NCBI GenBank assembly: GCA_963740315.1
Contig: CAVUDP010000002.1
Location: 2,016,001-2,080,000 of the forward strand
Length of the DNA stretch: 64,000 bases
Source: an uncultured cyanobacterium
Lineage (GTDB): Bacteria > Cyanobacteriota > Cyanobacteriia > Cyanobacteriales > Nostocaceae
Direction: 5' to 3'
Positions 54,128-64,000 of the stretch are shown here, piece by piece. The notes under the pieces were generated by a model, which was not told the DNA's origin, made no database searches, and was given only the letters and a program-made list of their open reading frames with translations. The position numbers and the translations under genes were made by a program. The number at the start of each line of letters is the position of its first letter. Positions within the stretch are counted from its first letter, which is position 1.

Positions 54128-54955
54128 ATGATGCAGAATAGCACTAACGGACAACTGCTGATTATCGGCGGTGCGGAAGACAAAGAAAGGGAATGCGAGA
54201 TTTTACGGGAATTTGTGCGCTACGCAGGTGGTACAAAAGCAAGACTTGCGATCGTGACTGCTGCAACAGACTTGCCCATAGAAGTAGGAAACCAATATAT
54301 TCGCATATTCGAGAATTTAGGTGCGGAAAATTCTTGCATAATTGATACCAGAAGCAGAGAAGATGCAGATTCATCTACTGTATTGGAAGATATCGAGCAA
54401 GCTACTGGGATATTTTTTACTGGAGGCGATCAAACTAGAATTGTCGATATCATCAAGGATACTCAATTAGATGCAGCGATTCACCGGCGTTTTTCTGAAG
54501 GAGTCATCATCGCAGGTACCAGTGCTGGGGCTGCAATGATGCCGGATATGATGATTTTTGAAGGCGATTCCGAAACAAATCCTCGGATGGAAATTGTAAA
54601 AATGTCTCCCGGAATGGGTTTTTTCCCAGGAGTAATTATAGATCAGCATTTTCTACAACGCGGTCGCATAGGACGTTTAATTTCAGCTTTAGCGCAGCAA
54701 AAACAAGCAGTTTTGGGATTTGGAATTGACGAAAATACTGCGATTTTAGTTGTTGATAATAAAATTCAAGTGATTGGAGAAGGTGCTGTTACTATCATCG
54801 ACAAGTCAGATATTACTCACAGCAATATTGACGATATTTTGAAAGACGAAGCGTTAGCAATTTGCGGTGCAAAGTTACATATTTTGCCCAAAGGATACGA
54901 GTTTGATTTAGAGACTCGCAAGCCGATTTTGAATCAGTTAGCAGTTAGTAGTTAG
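54128..54955 (+). CDS. cphB2: cyanophycinase (CphB2-type)
   Basis: IIGGAEDK, FTGGDQ, GTSAGA nucleophile, DQHF..RGRIGR and GIDENT motifs; divergent from cphA2. Confidence 0.88.
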   Translation: MMQNSTNGQLLIIGGAEDKERECEILREFVRYAGGTKARLAIVTAATDLPIEVGNQYIRIFENLGAENSCIIDTRSREDADSSTVLEDIEQATGIFFTGGDQTRIVDIIKDTQLDAAIHRRFSEGVIIAGTSAGAAMMPDMMIFEGDSETNPRMEIVKMSPGMGFFPGVIIDQHFLQRGRIGRLISALAQQKQAVLGFGIDENTAILVVDNKIQVIGEGAVTIIDKSDITHSNIDDILKDEALAICGAKLHILPKGYEFDLETRKPILNQLAVSS

Positions 54956-55319
54956 CAGTTACCAACTAAAAGTTAGTAGCACTTCAAATCTTGTAGCAGT
55001 GTTATAAACCACGTTTCAAGATTATTTGAAAACGACATATTCACGGGTTCACCGCGCTTGTGCGGCATCGCGTGCTATTTATCATGTTTTCACGAAGAGA
55101 AACCGGGTTTATGCAGGGCAACTTGCTCGTGGTGCAACAAGTCAGTAGTACCGGAGATGAGCAGATTATGAAATATGGCATCATTTAATTACACTACTAC
55201 CCAACGTATAAAAACATTCGCAGATTAGTTTGGACACACTTTATCCCCTTCTCATGTCATTAATTGTTCTGCTGCGGTTATGGCGCAAGGGCAATTTTAA
55301 GAGCAAAATGGGGGAACTG

Positions 55320-55970
55320 ATGAAAAAGAGAATTTATTTTACAACTATTGCAGCGATCGCGGTATTTGGTGTTGGTTTAGTTATTACAAACAATACAACT
55401 AATGGAGCAGCACAAAGTACCGAAAAAGTATTTGCAAGTGCTGAAATTATTGAGGATTTGACAGTTACAAGAGTAGAGGGGAGCTTTATTGCACCAAAAG
55501 ATATAGAGGATTTAATTGCAAAATCAGATATTATCGTTATTGGAAAACCAACACAATCGATCGCGGAAAGTACACCCTTAATTCAACGTGATTCTGAGGG
55601 TTATGTTACTGAAGCAATCTCCCAAACTGAATTTAAAGTACAACTTGCGATCGAAGGTGCGTCACCTTCTGACACGCTATTAATTGGACAACAAGCAGCT
55701 ATAATTCCAGACAAAAATACTGCTAAAAGTGTTCTCCAGGTATTTGACGATTACCAACCCTTAGTTAAAAATGCGAAATACATTCTTTTTCTTAAGAAAG
55801 GTTTGAATGGTAGTCCATTGTATTTTCCTGTAGGGCTTTATTACGGTCAATTTAATATTGATGGCACAGATAGCGCTGAAAATCAAATAGAAAGTCCACA
55901 TTTCAAATCGATACGAAAGGACGTGATGGAAAGATTTAAGGAAGTTATAGATCGTGCATCAGTTAGTTAG
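55320..55970 (+). CDS. exported hypothetical protein
   Basis: ATG 55320 after GGGGAA; N-terminal signal/TM MKKRIYFTTIAAIAVFGVGLV. Confidence 0.75.
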   Translation: MKKRIYFTTIAAIAVFGVGLVITNNTTNGAAQSTEKVFASAEIIEDLTVTRVEGSFIAPKDIEDLIAKSDIIVIGKPTQSIAESTPLIQRDSEGYVTEAISQTEFKVQLAIEGASPSDTLLIGQQAAIIPDKNTAKSVLQVFDDYQPLVKNAKYILFLKKGLNGSPLYFPVGLYYGQFNIDGTDSAENQIESPHFKSIRKDVMERFKEVIDRASVS

Positions 55971-56047
55971 CAATGCAATTTCGCTTTACTTGAAAGCAAG
56001 TAAACAGCTTAGTCTTGTTTAGTAACTGCTGTTAATAGTTAATAGTT

Positions 56048-56163
56048 ATACCGTTTCTGTATAAAGATGCGCTTAATTTAGCCTACGTAGGTAGGCTTTG
56101 TAATATTAGCCCCAGCCTTCTAGGCTGCGGGTGTTTTAGCGCAGCCTCATACAGAATTGGTAT
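56048..56163. mobile_element. MITE-like element with ~26-bp imperfect TIRs
   Basis: ATACCGTTTCTGTATAAAGATGCGCT ... AGCGCAGCCTCATACAGAATTGGTAT, with internal hairpins. Confidence 0.7.
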
Positions 56164-56352
56164 TAGGAGTGATAAAATTTTAGATTTTGAATTTTGGATT
56201 GGGAGTTAGGAATTTTCTCCCCATCTCCCCATCTCCCCATCTCCCCATCTCCTTGTCTCCCCATCCCACCGTCTCACCCTAATTAATCTCACAGCCAAAT
56301 GCCTGTGATAATATGAGAAATTGCTGCGCTTATTAAAGAAAAAAGTCGAGTT

Positions 56353-56622
56353 ATGAGTCTAACACAAGAAAAAAAGCAAGAGTTAATCTCGGAATATCAA
56401 GTCCACGAAACCGATACTGGTTCTTCTGAAGTGCAAGTTGCCATGCTCACCGAACGGATTAACCGTTTGAGCAAACATTTGCAAGTTAATAAAAAAGACC
56501 ATTCTTCCCGTCGGGGACTTTTGAAGATGATTGGTCAACGTAAGCGTCTTTTGTCTTATATTCAAAGAGGAGATCGCGAACGTTATAAAACTTTAATTCG
56601 CAGTCTCGGTATTCGTGGGTAA
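56353..56622 (+). CDS. rpsO: 30S ribosomal protein S15
   Basis: [20 protein letters not shown] and LGIR motifs. Confidence 0.98.
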   Translation: MSLTQEKKQELISEYQVHETDTGSSEVQVAMLTERINRLSKHLQVNKKDHSSRRGLLKMIGQRKRLLSYIQRGDRERYKTLIRSLGIRG

Positions 56623-56640
56623 AATAAAGAGCCGCTAATT

Positions 56641-57108
56641 ATGTCTGCCGAATCCGAACGCAACCGCTTACCTTTTGAACCGAATAAAAAACGCCAAAAA
56701 CCAGCAAAAACAAAGGCTCAAACGCCAATTGTGAAGGAAGATGCTGAAAAGGGGGACTCCAATAAGCCTCCTTTTACTAAACAAGAAATGGCTATTCCCG
56801 AAGTTGTTAGCCAGCGAATGATTAGACGAGTAGCTTGGTTATGTGGATTACCAACCGTATTGGGTATTCTGACTTTAGTTGCTAGCTATTTGCTGATAAT
56901 TTACGCCGATATCAAACTTGCTCCCACCTTGGTACTGCTTGTCAATATGGGGCTGTTCGGTTTGGGAGTTTTAGGAATCACTTATGGGGTTCTTTCCGCT
57001 TCTTGGGATGAACAAAGAGCGGGGACTTTGCTTGGTTGGAGCGAATTTACTACCAATTTTGGACGAATGGTAGCAGGTTGGCGCGAGACTCGGCAAAAAA
57101 AAGTATAA
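56641..57108 (+). CDS. PAM68 family photosystem II assembly protein
   Basis: IPEVVSQRMIRR and GITYGVLSASWD motifs; follows rpsO as usual in cyanobacteria. Confidence 0.88.
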   Translation: MSAESERNRLPFEPNKKRQKPAKTKAQTPIVKEDAEKGDSNKPPFTKQEMAIPEVVSQRMIRRVAWLCGLPTVLGILTLVASYLLIIYADIKLAPTLVLLVNMGLFGLGVLGITYGVLSASWDEQRAGTLLGWSEFTTNFGRMVAGWRETRQKKV

Positions 57109-57227
57109 TTTTGGCGATCGGCGAACGCATCGCTAATTAATAAAAATGATTTTGAATGAAGAATGAAGGATGAAGCATGATTTTCGTTCTTCATTCTTTG
57201 TTTATTCGGTTATATCATGTTCGTTTA

Positions 57228-57383
57228 AGAGGATGTTTTCCAAGTCATAAATAAAACCATAGACTTTCAGATCCCCCTAAATCCCCCTTAAAAAAGGGGG
57301 ACTTTTTAACCCCCCCCTTTATAAGGGGGGAAGGGGGGATAATCCGGGAATTGCGTAAAAACGATACTTGGAAAACATCCTCT
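57228..57383. mobile_element. intact 156-bp MITE with perfect 18-bp TIRs
   Basis: AGAGGATGTTTTCCAAGT (57228-57245) and ACTTGGAAAACATCCTCT (57366-57383). Confidence 0.88.
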
Positions 57384-57583
57384 AAACGCTTATCATATCT
57401 GTGAGGATAGGTAATTGGTAATTTGTAATAAAAAATTATCTGCCGCTTAAATGTCAGTTGCTGGTTTTATCTAACAATTATTAAATTTTTATGTGCGAAT
57501 TTTGACTTTTTTCTGTTAAACGAGAATTAGCTATTAACGTTAAATTTTAAGTAGTAATAAAACTAAATATCGGGAAATTTACC

Positions 57584-58639
57584 ATGATTGTAGTAATGAA
57601 AGTTGGTTCCCCAGAAGCGGAAATTAAACGCATTAGTGAAGAAATGAGTAACTGGGGACTGACACCAGAGAAAATAGTTGGTCAACACAAGGTAGTAATT
57701 GGTTTAGTTGGAGAAACAGCGAGTTTAGATCCACTGCAAATTCAAGAAGTAAGTCCTTGGATCGAGCAAGTTTTGCGGGTGGAAAAGCCTTACAAACGGG
57801 CTAGCCGTCAGTTTCGCCACGGGGAAGCTTCAGAGATTATAGTTAATACTCCCGATGGTAAAGTTACATTTGGTGAAAATCATCCAATGGTGGTAATCGC
57901 CGGTCCTTGTTCGGTAGAAAATGAAGAAATGATTGTAGAAACAGCGCAGCGCGTCAAAGCTGCTGGAGCTAAGTTTCTGCGTGGGGGTGCTTACAAACCC
58001 CGTACTTCACCTTATGCTTTCCAGGGACATGGTGAAAGCGCTTTAGAATTATTAGCGAAAGCAAGAGAAGTCAGCGGATTGGGAATTATTACCGAAGTAA
58101 TGGATGCTGCTGACTTGGACAAAATCGTAGAAGTTGCAGATGTCGTTCAAGTAGGTGCGAGAAATATGCAGAATTTCTCATTACTTAAAAAAGTCGGAGC
58201 GCAACCGAAGCCGGTTTTCTTGAAGCGGGGAATGTCAGCAACTATTGAAGAATGGTTAATGGCTGCTGAATACGTGCTTGCTGCGGGAAATTCCAACGTT
58301 ATCTTATGCGAACGCGGTATTCGTTCCTTCGATCGCCAATATACTCGCAATACCTTAGATTTATCAGTAATACCCGTATTAAGAAAACTGACTCATTTAC
58401 CGATCGCGATCGACCCCTCACACGGTACGGGTTTATCAGAATGCGTTCCTTCAATGGCAATGGCAGCTATAGCAGCCGGATGCGATTCCTTAATGATAGA
58501 AGTTCATCCCAACCCCGCCAAAGCTTTATCCGATGGACCTCAATCCCTTACACCAGAACGTTTTGACCGCTTGATGCAAGAATTAGCAGTCATAGGTAAA
58601 GCTGTAGGGCGTTGGGAGCAAGCTGTGGCGATCGCTTGA
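57584..58639 (+). CDS. aroF: DAHP synthase (class I-beta, N-terminal ACT-like domain)
   Basis: AGPCSVE, RGGAYKPRTSPYAFQG, GARNMQN, CERGIR and DPSH motifs. Confidence 0.95.
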   Translation: MIVVMKVGSPEAEIKRISEEMSNWGLTPEKIVGQHKVVIGLVGETASLDPLQIQEVSPWIEQVLRVEKPYKRASRQFRHGEASEIIVNTPDGKVTFGENHPMVVIAGPCSVENEEMIVETAQRVKAAGAKFLRGGAYKPRTSPYAFQGHGESALELLAKAREVSGLGIITEVMDAADLDKIVEVADVVQVGARNMQNFSLLKKVGAQPKPVFLKRGMSATIEEWLMAAEYVLAAGNSNVILCERGIRSFDRQYTRNTLDLSVIPVLRKLTHLPIAIDPSHGTGLSECVPSMAMAAIAAGCDSLMIEVHPNPAKALSDGPQSLTPERFDRLMQELAVIGKAVGRWEQAVAIA

Positions 58640-58870
58640 TCGAGATAGGGGGATGGGGGAGAGGGGGTAGAGGGGGTTCGGGGGAGATGGGGTTCGGGGG
58701 AGATGGGGAGATGGGGTTCGGGGGAGATGGGGAGACAAGGGGATGGGGAGAGTGGGAGATGGGGAGATGGAGAGAAAAATTATTGCAGCAGGGAGCGAGA
58801 CGCTCCCACTACATTTCTAACTCCTTACCTTTAACCTTTAACCTTTGACATGCAGACCTTTAACCTTTTT

Positions 58871-59827
58871 TTACCGTCTTCTACGTCCGCTACCGAAGCC
58901 ACCGCTACGACTACGGGTTCTGGAGGAACGAGAACGGGTTCCGCTACCGAAACTGCTGTTGGAAGGACGGTTTCTTACTGACCCGGATTTACCGGATTGT
59001 CTTAAAGTGCTGCTGCCAAATCCGGAACCTGTGGAGCGACTGTTACCAGTAGTTCTACGGGGAGTAGTGCGGGTACTAGTTCCGAAACCTGAGCTTCCAG
59101 GATTTCTTCGGGTATTAGTTCCGAAACTTGAACTTCCAGGATTTCTTCTGAGGTTTCCTGTGGTACGGAAAGTGGTACGGTTTCTTACTGCTGCTGGTGG
59201 TTCGTTATAGCGTTGGCGATAATTACCAACTGCGGCATCATAGCTATTACCATATCCACCAAAACCAGTATAATTAGTCCTTCCCGGCTGATATGCGGGT
59301 GGTACGTAATACTGGGGTCTAAATAACAAACTACCGATCGCTTGACCGGCAACTTGACCGGCGACTGCACCAGCAAAAGGTGCCCAAAAACCGTTGTTTC
59401 GCTGGACTACAACTGTTCGATCTTGTCCGGTTTGGGGGTCGGTTCTGGTTTCGGTAACGTTTTGAGTGTATTCGATTTTAAAGTCTGGTGTTAAATAAAG
59501 TGCGGGCTGTCCGTTTTCAACTTTTAAATAGCTAGTTTTACCTTCTTTAATTTGTTCTTCGGTAAGCCGCGCCATTTGCAACTTATCAGTTTTAAAAGTT
59601 GGAGAAGGGCTATTTAATAAAAATAACGTGTATTCTCCATCAGCATCGTTGTAACTGGCTTGCTGTACGGGATATTCACCATCGCTGATTCGGGTGTTTG
59701 TTGAAGTTCGAGTTACATTTCTAGCTTGCGGATTGCTTGTTGTAGTTCCGCCACCACAAGCAACTGTTGTAAAACACAAACTCAAAGCTAAAAAAACCGC
59801 TGTAAATTTACGCAAAATTGTCATCAT
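58871..59827 (-). CDS. lipoprotein with Gly/Arg/Ser/Thr-rich disordered C-terminus
   Basis: Lipobox VAC; central hydrophobic FAGAVAGQVAGQAIG; tail ending SRSGGFGSGRRR. Confidence 0.8.
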   Translation of the reverse strand: MMTILRKFTAVFLALSLCFTTVACGGGTTTSNPQARNVTRTSTNTRISDGEYPVQQASYNDADGEYTLFLLNSPSPTFKTDKLQMARLTEEQIKEGKTSYLKVENGQPALYLTPDFKIEYTQNVTETRTDPQTGQDRTVVVQRNNGFWAPFAGAVAGQVAGQAIGSLLFRPQYYVPPAYQPGRTNYTGFGGYGNSYDAAVGNYRQRYNEPPAAVRNRTTFRTTGNLRRNPGSSSFGTNTRRNPGSSGFGTSTRTTPRRTTGNSRSTGSGFGSSTLRQSGKSGSVRNRPSNSSFGSGTRSRSSRTRSRSGGFGSGRRRR

Positions 59828-60057
59828 TTGATATTTTTTCTTCTATCTTTGAGCTTAACAACTTCTTTATTGGCTTGAGAGGTAGGGAGAACCGACTTTT
59901 ATTGAATAGGGAGTAGGGAGTAGGGAGTAGGGAGTGAAGAGTTAGGACCACCGGAGTGAGGACCACCGGAGTTAGGAGTTAGTTAATTAGTTTTCTCCTT
60001 GTCCCCCCATCCCCCCATCTCCCCCGTTCCCCGTTCCCTACTCCCCACTCCTAAATA

Positions 60058-60639
60058 TTACAAAGGAATCAATTCTGTAAAATGCTGTAACAATTGGTCG
60101 TTATTGAGTTCGTCACCTAATTGCGCTGGGGAAAAGTGTACCTGAATTGCTCGTAATTTATGTTTGAAATGTAAATTAATTAAAGCTTTAAAAGCTTCTT
60201 GAAGCGCAGCAATGTTTGACAAATCTTCTTCTAATTCCGGTACTTCTCCCTCATAAGCAGCTGTAATCATCACTACTACATTGCGCGTTACGGGAACGGA
60301 AAAAGAGTCATCGGCATCAGAATAATTTTCCGGTGGTTCGCTTAAATAACGTTGTGCGGAGTCGGTAAACAATTCTTGAAAGTAGTCTCCCGCATCCCCT
60401 TCTTCCCAAAATACATCGCCTTCATTAGCGGCTGACATCCAGTATTCGTCGTATTGCAATAGACTTTCGCAGATTTTGACTAATTCTTCTCCCATAACTT
60501 CCATATCACCTTCAGCATCACTCGCTTCTCTACCGCTACGGTTGAGTACTCCCAAAATTGGTGCAACTTCCGAACCACTTAGATGTATCATTATCCGACA
60601 AACTACATAACGGGTACGACCCATCATTTTATTAAACAT
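60058..60639 (-). CDS. DUF1517-like protein
   Basis: Acidic 193-aa protein ending SPAQLGDELNNDQLLQHFTELIPL, as in DUF1517. Confidence 0.7.
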   Translation of the reverse strand: MFNKMMGRTRYVVCRIMIHLSGSEVAPILGVLNRSGREASDAEGDMEVMGEELVKICESLLQYDEYWMSAANEGDVFWEEGDAGDYFQELFTDSAQRYLSEPPENYSDADDSFSVPVTRNVVVMITAAYEGEVPELEEDLSNIAALQEAFKALINLHFKHKLRAIQVHFSPAQLGDELNNDQLLQHFTELIPL

Positions 60640-60965
60640 TGTTTTTGCTCCTTTATCGGTTTATTTGAATCAATACTATTATGAATGGGGATTGAGCATG
60701 GGGCATGGGGCATAGGGCATTGGGTCTTAGAAATTATTTTTGAGATTTATTAAATTAAATTACTATTTATATACAAGGATTCAAAGTATTAAAAAAAACA
60801 ATTAGATCAACTAATATTAATTTTAAAATAGCTATGAGTACTATAGATAAGTATAAAGAATAAGACTTATCTATAAAGGATGAAAAATTTGAATTATATA
60901 TCTATGCCTGAAGGTCATTGCTTTATATCCCAATGCCCTATTCCCTATTCCCTATTCCCTATTCT

Positions 60966-62525
60966 TTAATTAATATAATGAAAACCTTTAAAGAAATCGG
61001 CGATCGCATTTATTGATGGCTGTCTGGATTTGGAAAGTTCGCTTAATTCATCTTCATATAAAGCAGCTTCAATTTGAGGATGGTCAATCAATCTTTTACC
61101 AAAATGCGGACTATCATAAATCATCAAATTTTTGGCGCTAGTATTTGTTAAAATTGTTCGTGTAGGAGCTTTAAAAAAGTTTAACTTTGCTGCAATTCCG
61201 AGAATTTTTGTGGTAACTTTGATATTTTTTACATTCTGCATTGCTTGCTCTAATAAAGAAGTTAATTTTTGCATTTGCCCTAAAGTAATTAACTGCCCAG
61301 TTGTATCTTGACTGGCGATCGTTTCTATGGCTGTATATATACTTTTTTGAGTAGCAACAGCATCTCTAAACGGAAGAATTGCCATGTAAGCAATGGTAAA
61401 TAAACTTTCATCGCTATCTGCACGGAAAGTAAAAACAGTGCGACGGCGACCAATTTCCATGCTAGGAGGTTGTTTTAATTCCCGAAATTTTTGAGTTATT
61501 TGGAAATAAGCTCCAGCCAAAGCAAAATTCGCTTCTGGGTCTAAAGGTCTATCTATAATAATACGAATAGTAGGGGGAGTTTCGTTGAAAAAGTCTCCCG
61601 AATCTTCAGCATTCAAGCGATGAACAATTGAGCGATCGCCAAGTTGACTCAAATCCACCCATTCACAAATCATGGCTTCAGTTTTCAAGCCAAATCGAGA
61701 GGTAGCGTAGAGTTTTGCGCCGGTTAAAGTTGCTCCAGTTAAATCTGCACCAACCCATTCAGCTTCAATTAATTTTGCTTCAGTTAAATCGGCGTGTACG
61801 AAACTTGTATTAGTTAAATTAGCATTGCTTAAATCGGCACCAGCCAAATTTGCACCGCTTAATTTTGCGCCGCTCAAATCTGCCCAAGAAAGATTAGCGC
61901 CTCTTAAATCAGCCCAGCGAAGATTTGCATCACCCAAATTAGCGCCACTAAGATTAGCGCGAAACAGATTCACCTGACGAAGTTCGGCTTCTCGCAAGTT
62001 TGCACCACTCAAGTCGGCACGAGTTAAATCGGTAGAATTTAAAGTCGCTTGTTCTAAATTTGCCGCTACCAAAGACGCACCTGTCAAACAAGCTTGATTC
62101 AAATTAGCACCTCGTAAAACAGCGTGTCGTAACGTAGCTTCGCGTAAATCGGCATTGCTCAAATTTGCTTCCGATAAATTAGCACGACTGAAATCAGCAC
62201 GAATTAATTCACCTCGTATTAAATTCGCTTTAACTAATTGAGCATTGTTTAAATTAGCTCGAATTAAATTCGCAACATTCAAACTAGCTTTATAGAGATT
62301 AGCACCTTCAAGGTGAGCGCCACTCAGCCTTGCAACATTAAGCAGGGCATAACTTAAATTAGCCTTAGTAAGATTAGCGCCGCTAAAATTTACAATGCTT
62401 AAATTAGCATGGCTAAAATCCACACCACTAAGTTTGACTCCACATAAATTAGCTTCAGAAAGTTGAATATTTCTAAAATCCGTAAATCCCCGAGCGTATT
62501 TTTCTAATAATTCCTCTACAGTCAT
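60966..62525 (-). CDS. pentapeptide repeat protein
   Basis: About 250 aa of A(D/N)LxX repeats plus a C-terminal domain. Confidence 0.93.
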   Translation of the reverse strand: MTVEELLEKYARGFTDFRNIQLSEANLCGVKLSGVDFSHANLSIVNFSGANLTKANLSYALLNVARLSGAHLEGANLYKASLNVANLIRANLNNAQLVKANLIRGELIRADFSRANLSEANLSNADLREATLRHAVLRGANLNQACLTGASLVAANLEQATLNSTDLTRADLSGANLREAELRQVNLFRANLSGANLGDANLRWADLRGANLSWADLSGAKLSGANLAGADLSNANLTNTSFVHADLTEAKLIEAEWVGADLTGATLTGAKLYATSRFGLKTEAMICEWVDLSQLGDRSIVHRLNAEDSGDFFNETPPTIRIIIDRPLDPEANFALAGAYFQITQKFRELKQPPSMEIGRRRTVFTFRADSDESLFTIAYMAILPFRDAVATQKSIYTAIETIASQDTTGQLITLGQMQKLTSLLEQAMQNVKNIKVTTKILGIAAKLNFFKAPTRTILTNTSAKNLMIYDSPHFGKRLIDHPQIEAALYEDELSELSKSRQPSINAIADFFKGFHYIN

Positions 62526-62732
62526 CGATGCTACCTCTGATTTTTTAATAATTGCTAAATTATGCGGAAATTAAGTAATATCTAATTCATAAATGGGAAT
62601 TGGTGATTGGGCATGGGGCATGGGGCATTGAGTTAAGAATTAAGAGTTAAAAGTTATTAGTTTTAATTTCTCCCCATCTCCCCCTCTCCCCCTCTCCCCC
62701 CTCTACCCCATGCCCTTTTATAGAAATTAAAT

Positions 62733-63575
62733 ATGATAATCGGTATTGTTGGTCTTGGATTAATCGGTGGTTCTTTAGGTTTAGACTTAAAAAAGCAAGG
62801 ACATTGCGTTTTAGGAATCAGCCGCCGCGATTCAACTACTCAAAGAGCAATTTCTCTGGGCGCTGTTTCCCAAGCGTCAGTTAATATGAGCTTGCTCTCG
62901 GAGGCAGAAGTAGTATTTATTTGTACGCCTCTGGATTTTATTATTCCCACACTTGAGCAATTGATTGCTCATTTACCAAGTTCTTGTGTAATAACTGACG
63001 TAGGTTCGGTGAAAACCCCTATTGTGAAAGGGATTTCGCCGGTATGGGAAAATTTTGTTGGCGGGCACCCAATGGCGGGTAGTACCGATTCGGGTATAGA
63101 AGCTGCACGTTCAAATTTATTTAACGATAAGCCCTACGTACTTACACCTATAAATACAACTCCGACAGAAGCGATCGCAGTTATTGAAAATCTTATAATT
63201 CAGCTAGGGGTGAATATTCATTACTGTTCCCCCGAAGAACACGATAAAGCAGTCAGCTTGATTTCTCATTTACCAGTAATGGCGAGTGCTTCCTTGATTG
63301 GGGCTTGCGATCGAGAAACCGATTCTCAAGTGCAGACTCTAGCTCAAAAGTTCGCTAGCTCCGGCTTTCGCGATACATCTCGCGTTGGTGGAGGGAATCC
63401 GGAATTGGGGGTGATGATGGCAAAATACAATCGAGAAGCTTTGTTGATGTCGCTGCAAAAGTATCGCGAAAATCTTAATGAATTGGTTGGTTTAATTGAA
63501 CGAGAAGATTGGGTGAGTTTGGAGCAAGTTTTGCATTCAACTCAAGAAGCACGGGGTAAGTTTGTTAGGGAGTGA
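62733..63575 (+). CDS. tyrA: prephenate/arogenate dehydrogenase
   Basis: GLGLIGGS, TDVGSVK, GGHPMAG, HD.AV..ISHLP and GFRDTSRV motifs. Confidence 0.93.
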   Translation: MIIGIVGLGLIGGSLGLDLKKQGHCVLGISRRDSTTQRAISLGAVSQASVNMSLLSEAEVVFICTPLDFIIPTLEQLIAHLPSSCVITDVGSVKTPIVKGISPVWENFVGGHPMAGSTDSGIEAARSNLFNDKPYVLTPINTTPTEAIAVIENLIIQLGVNIHYCSPEEHDKAVSLISHLPVMASASLIGACDRETDSQVQTLAQKFASSGFRDTSRVGGGNPELGVMMAKYNREALLMSLQKYRENLNELVGLIEREDWVSLEQVLHSTQEARGKFVRE

Positions 63576-63783
63576 GGGGATTTTCCTCAGTCAGCCAGGG
63601 ATTGAAAATCCCTGTCTCATAACGAAAGTCCTCTAAAGAGGACTGTTAAAAAGTTGCCAACAAAACTAATCTTGGGTTAAAAAGAGATATTGATGAGTAC
63701 CGCAGATTATTCAATCATCTGTTACGTTTGTACAAGTTGAAAAATCTGTATTTAATACACCTTATAAAGCAGGCAAAACAGCG

Positions 63784-64000
63784 ATGACAACTTTATATAA
63801 ATCAGTTTTAAATTTCTTTATTCAAGATGATTGGAACTATACGGAAATTGAACGAGGGGAAGCTCTCAGTGTAGAAGTAAAAATGGAAAATAGTAATTGT
63901 ACTTGTTATGCTATTGTCTATGATGAAGTAAATACTTTTAAATTCTACTCGATGTCTCCTGTAAAAATACCTAAGAAAAAGTTTTTACCAATAGCAGAAT
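63784..64000 (+). CDS. YbjN-like protein, 3' partial
   Basis: MTTLYKSVLNFFIQDDWNY...FKFYSMSPVKIP..KFLPIAE, open to the window end. Confidence 0.65.
   Translation, partial: MTTLYKSVLNFFIQDDWNYTEIERGEALSVEVKMENSNCTCYAIVYDEVNTFKFYSMSPVKIPKKKFLPIAE

Noticed and set aside
55058..55171. Cys-rich 37-codon frame (LCGIACYLSC...CRATCSWC) as a RiPP or metallothionein
   Set aside because: No ATG or RBS and no modifying enzymes nearby; likely chance.
58845..59210. 121-aa plus-strand ORF
   Set aside because: Antisense shadow of the low-complexity lipoprotein tail.

Overview
64 kb of AT-rich chromosome from a filamentous, very probably heterocyst-forming cyanobacterium (Nostocales-like). Supporting signs are frequent HIP1 GCGATCGC octamers, STRR 7-8 bp tandem repeats in most intergenic regions, an STRR insert inside rnpB, and a cphA2/cphB2 cluster. 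Most content is housekeeping or metabolic: a MoxR operon (DUF4129-DUF4350-MoxR-DUF58), groEL2 with a CIRCE box, corA, rnpB-rnc, psb32, ppk2, bcp, sipA, cbiX behind a cobalamin riboswitch, the cmpABCD bicarbonate transporter divergent from a ccaA-type carbonic anhydrase, cphA2/cphB2, rpsO-PAM68, aroF and tyrA. I found no phage, CRISPR, transposase or reverse transcriptase. The most interesting signal is two paralogous HisKA_3/NarL two-component systems about 25 kb apart. Each is divergent from cell-envelope genes (a secreted protein plus an Omp85/BamA paralog; three Spy/CpxP-like genes), and each carries tandem CATGACT-based boxes in its divergent promoter, which suggests a Cpx-like envelope-stress regulon. 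Other oddities: a perfect 300-bp repeat shared by two Spy-like genes with unrelated signal peptides; a 12x18-bp array grown from a REP-like hairpin; STRR arrays inside a riboswitch, inside rnpB and in frame inside a protein; and three single-base frameshifts (corA, psb32, cphA2) that may be sequencing errors. Family assignments come from motif recognition by eye, not database searches.
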